DNA of 34,670 nt from Minisyncoccota bacterium (GTDB lineage Bacteria > Patescibacteriota > Minisyncoccia > Phycocordibacterales > CSBR16-193), in the NCBI GenBank assembly GCA_046542915.1, contig JBKHAI010000001.1, positions 1 to 34,670 of the forward strand, written 5' to 3'. Of the stretch, positions 32,697 through 34,670 are shown one piece after another. The notes under the pieces are model-generated. The model saw only the letters and a list, made by a program, of their open reading frames with translations, searched no databases and was not told the DNA's origin. A program made the translations under genes and the position numbers. The first letter of the stretch is position 1; every line of letters starts with the position of its first letter.

Positions 32697-34055
32697 TTAA
32701 CCGATCATTGTCCTGATCTGTTCCAACTCTTGGCAAAGATTTTCATTTACTTTCAATTCACTTTTTATTTTTTCGCAGGAATGGATCACGGTAGTATGAT
32801 CTCTACCTCCCAGTTTTTCCCCGATCGAAGGATAAGATATTTTATAGTCTTCCCTTAATAAGTACATTGTTACCTGACGGGGTCTGATAACCTCTTTTTT
32901 TCTTGTTTTTTTATGTATATACTCTTCTTCTATATTATAAAAGACAGCCACAGCTCTTATGACTTCCGAAGGCGAAACATTTTTCTGTGGTTTTTTGGTA
33001 TTACGAGCTAGATTTTTTACCTCAGAGAGTGATATAGCATCATTTTTTATCTTCATCTGGCAAGCTAAGGAGTTAAGGATCCCTTCCAGGTCGCGGATGT
33101 TTCCTTCAATAGAGTATGCCAGATAATTTATTATCTCATCAGAAAGAGAGATACTATTCATTTGTGCTTTTTTCTTTAAAATAGCAGCTCTTGATTCTTG
33201 GTCCGGAGCGGGAATATCCACTATCATTCCGGCTCCAAATCTTGATTTTAACCTGTCTTCCAGTCCCGGGATATAGTTAGGGTGCTTGTCGGAGGAGAAG
33301 ACGATCTGCTTATTATTATCATAAAGAGTGTTAAAAAGATGAAAAAGTTCTTCCTGGGTCTTTTCTTTATTAGACAGGAATTGAATATCATCCATTATTA
33401 AAACATCATACTTTCTGTATTTTTCTTTAAATTCAGTAACTTTGTTTAACTGAATAGAGGTCACATAATCAATAACAAACCTCTCGGAAGTTACATAAAA
33501 AACCTTTAGATCCTTATTCTTTTCGGATATTTTATTTCCTATGGCTTGAATTATATGGGTTTTTCCATGTCCGGTGCCACCGTAGACAAAAAATGGATTA
33601 TAAACGGAACCTACATCTTTTATAACAGCTTGCGAGGCCGCGTAAGCGAGCTCGTTAAAAGGACCGACAACAAAAGAATCAAAACTGTATCTTGGATTTA
33701 GATTACTTTCTTTATTAATGTAAGTATTAGCTAAAGGCAATTCCGAAGCGTTATTTTCCTGATATTTAACCTCTTTATTTTCTTTTTTACTGCGATTTTT
33801 CTCAACTATATACTCTAAGGAGTAAATATCGGGAGAAAGACCACGTAAATACTTCAATATCATTGAATGGTATTTTGTTGAAAGCCAATCTTTAACAAAA
33901 GTGTTGGGGACACTTAACTGAACAACTCCGTTTTCTTTTTTAATTACATAGGTATCTTTAAACCAAGTATTAAAGTTAGCTTTTGATATTGATAGTTCTA
34001 TTTCTATAAGAGCGTTTTTCCAGAGCTTCTCATTATCCATAATTTCTGTTTTCAT
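32697..34055 (-). CDS. dnaA: Chromosomal replication initiator DnaA
   Basis: Walker A GGTGHGKTH, Walker B VLIMDDIQFL and the C-terminal DNA-binding helix region (LGGRDHTTVIHSCEKI). Confidence 0.95.
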   Translation of the reverse strand: MKTEIMDNEKLWKNALIEIELSISKANFNTWFKDTYVIKKENGVVQLSVPNTFVKDWLSTKYHSMILKYLRGLSPDIYSLEYIVEKNRSKKENKEVKYQENNASELPLANTYINKESNLNPRYSFDSFVVGPFNELAYAASQAVIKDVGSVYNPFFVYGGTGHGKTHIIQAIGNKISEKNKDLKVFYVTSERFVIDYVTSIQLNKVTEFKEKYRKYDVLIMDDIQFLSNKEKTQEELFHLFNTLYDNNKQIVFSSDKHPNYIPGLEDRLKSRFGAGMIVDIPAPDQESRAAILKKKAQMNSISLSDEIINYLAYSIEGNIRDLEGILNSLACQMKIKNDAISLSEVKNLARNTKKPQKNVSPSEVIRAVAVFYNIEEEYIHKKTRKKEVIRPRQVTMYLLREDYKISYPSIGEKLGGRDHTTVIHSCEKIKSELKVNENLCQELEQIRTMIG

Positions 34056-34258
34056 TGAGAATGATTTACATTATTATATCCAGAGAATAGCATTATATTG
34101 GGATATTATTCCAGTAATAATAATGTTCACCTTTTGTTTATAATTTGTGGATAACCACCTCGGCTTCTTATTTTATAGGTTTTTTGTTTCAGTGGCAAAT
34201 ATTGATAAAAAGACAAAAATTTGATTTTTTCTTTATAAATGGTATTATTTTACCCGTT
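34056..34258. promoter_or_regulatory. Divergent dnaA / rpmH control region with DnaA boxes; second half of a possible bipartite origin
   Basis: Perfect TGTGGATAA at 34146..34154. ATATCCAGA at 34076..34084 has 2 mismatches. A possible rpmH promoter reads TTGATT (34221..34226), a 16-nt spacer, then TATTAT (34243..34248), ending 10 nt before the ATG. Confidence 0.5.
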
Positions 34259-34399
34259 ATGTCGTTTACTTATAAACCCAAGAAAATAAGGAGGAAAAGA
34301 AGGCATGGTTTTCTGGTAAGGCAAAGAACGTCTTCCGGCAAGAATGTTATAAAAAGAAGGAGAAGAAAAGGAAGAGCTGAACTATCAGTTTCCGGTTAA
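34259..34399 (+). CDS. rpmH: 50S ribosomal protein L34
   Basis: [46 protein letters not shown] (46 aa). The track ORF from 34145 is an upstream in-frame extension that begins at a non-ATG codon. Confidence 0.9.
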   Translation: MSFTYKPKKIRRKRRHGFLVRQRTSSGKNVIKRRRRKGRAELSVSG

Positions 34400-34404
34400 T
34401 TACT

Positions 34405-34670
34405 ATGCTTCCTAAAAAGAACAGACTTTCCGCCGGTGAAGTACGGGAGGTCTTTGCTTTTAATGAAAAAAGTAGCTCTTCAACTTTTTTTAAGATACTC
34501 AAAAAATTAAAAGTTAATTCATTGAAATTTGCGGTAATAGTTCCCGGTTCCGTAAGCAAAAGTGCGGTAAAAAGAAACTATCTACGGCGGAAATTCTTCT
34601 CAGCTCTCAAGGATCTCTATAAAGACCCAGAAAAGGGCTGGTACGTTATAATTCTTAGAAAAGAAGCCGA
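34405..34670 (+). CDS. rnpA: Ribonuclease P protein component; 3' end runs off the right edge
   Basis: My own translation gives MLPKKNRLSAGEVREVFAFNEKSSSSTFFKILKKLKVNSLKFAVIVPGSVSKSAVKRNYLRRKFFSALKDL… It contains the RNR-type basic motif (SKSAVKRNYLRRK) and has the classic position after rpmH. Confidence 0.85.
   Translation, partial: MLPKKNRLSAGEVREVFAFNEKSSSSTFFKILKKLKVNSLKFAVIVPGSVSKSAVKRNYLRRKFFSALKDLYKDPEKGWYVIILRKEA

Noticed and set aside
34145-34399. 84-aa ORF from the track
   Set aside because: Only the last 46 codons (from the ATG at 34259) correspond to ribosomal protein L34. The upstream extension starts at a non-ATG codon, is hydrophobic nonsense, and overlaps the DnaA box and promoter region.
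1-34670. CRISPR arrays and alternative genetic code (UGA recoding as in some candidate phyla)
   Set aside because: No short direct repeats with regular spacers were seen anywhere. UGA ends ruvA (17916..17918), ruvC (28461..28463) and PBP1A (31078..31080) at the expected protein lengths, and no conserved gene is interrupted, so the standard bacterial code applies.

Overview
This window looks like a compact, low-GC bacterial chromosome segment that includes the replication origin. The origin neighbourhood reads rnpA<-rpmH | dnaA-dnaN-DUF721, with DnaA boxes on both sides of dnaA. Three traits suggest a reduced-genome, Patescibacteria/CPR-like organism, but this is inference and no rRNA is present to confirm it: shortened housekeeping proteins (HolA-like 237 aa, YebC 176 aa, PolA 790 aa), very acidic predicted proteins, and no Shine-Dalgarno motifs.

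Ordinary content:
- Transporters: a CPA2-type antiporter (partial), an SLC13 permease with TrkA-C domains, and a CaCA exchanger.
- Cell-wall genes: MurE-like ligase, PBP1A, an L,D-transpeptidase, a C39-like peptidase and an MliC-like protein.
- DNA replication and repair: ruvA, ruvB-yebC-ruvC, mutM, polA, holA-like, dnaA and dnaN.
- Others: tsaE, a SpoU methyltransferase, an orphan pilB and one tRNA-Lys(UUU).

The unusual part is a seven-gene, co-directional minus-strand locus at 3171..13724. It starts with a soluble TraD/VirD4-like P-loop ATPase that carries a ~480-aa uncharacterised N-terminal region. Two paralogous cassettes follow, each made of a giant acidic glycine-zipper membrane protein with LysM-like modules plus a 106-aa acidic helical protein. 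A Cas4-like PD-(D/E)XK nuclease and a YgjP/DUF45 metallohydrolase sit between the cassettes.

The cassettes share two blocks of perfect or near-perfect DNA identity. One (503 bp) covers the membrane core and the other (306 bp) covers the small gene. Everything between them is strongly diverged and domain-shuffled. I propose this as a candidate undescribed surface or secretion system with concerted evolution of its putative interacting parts. All functional calls rest on motif recognition by eye; no database search was run.
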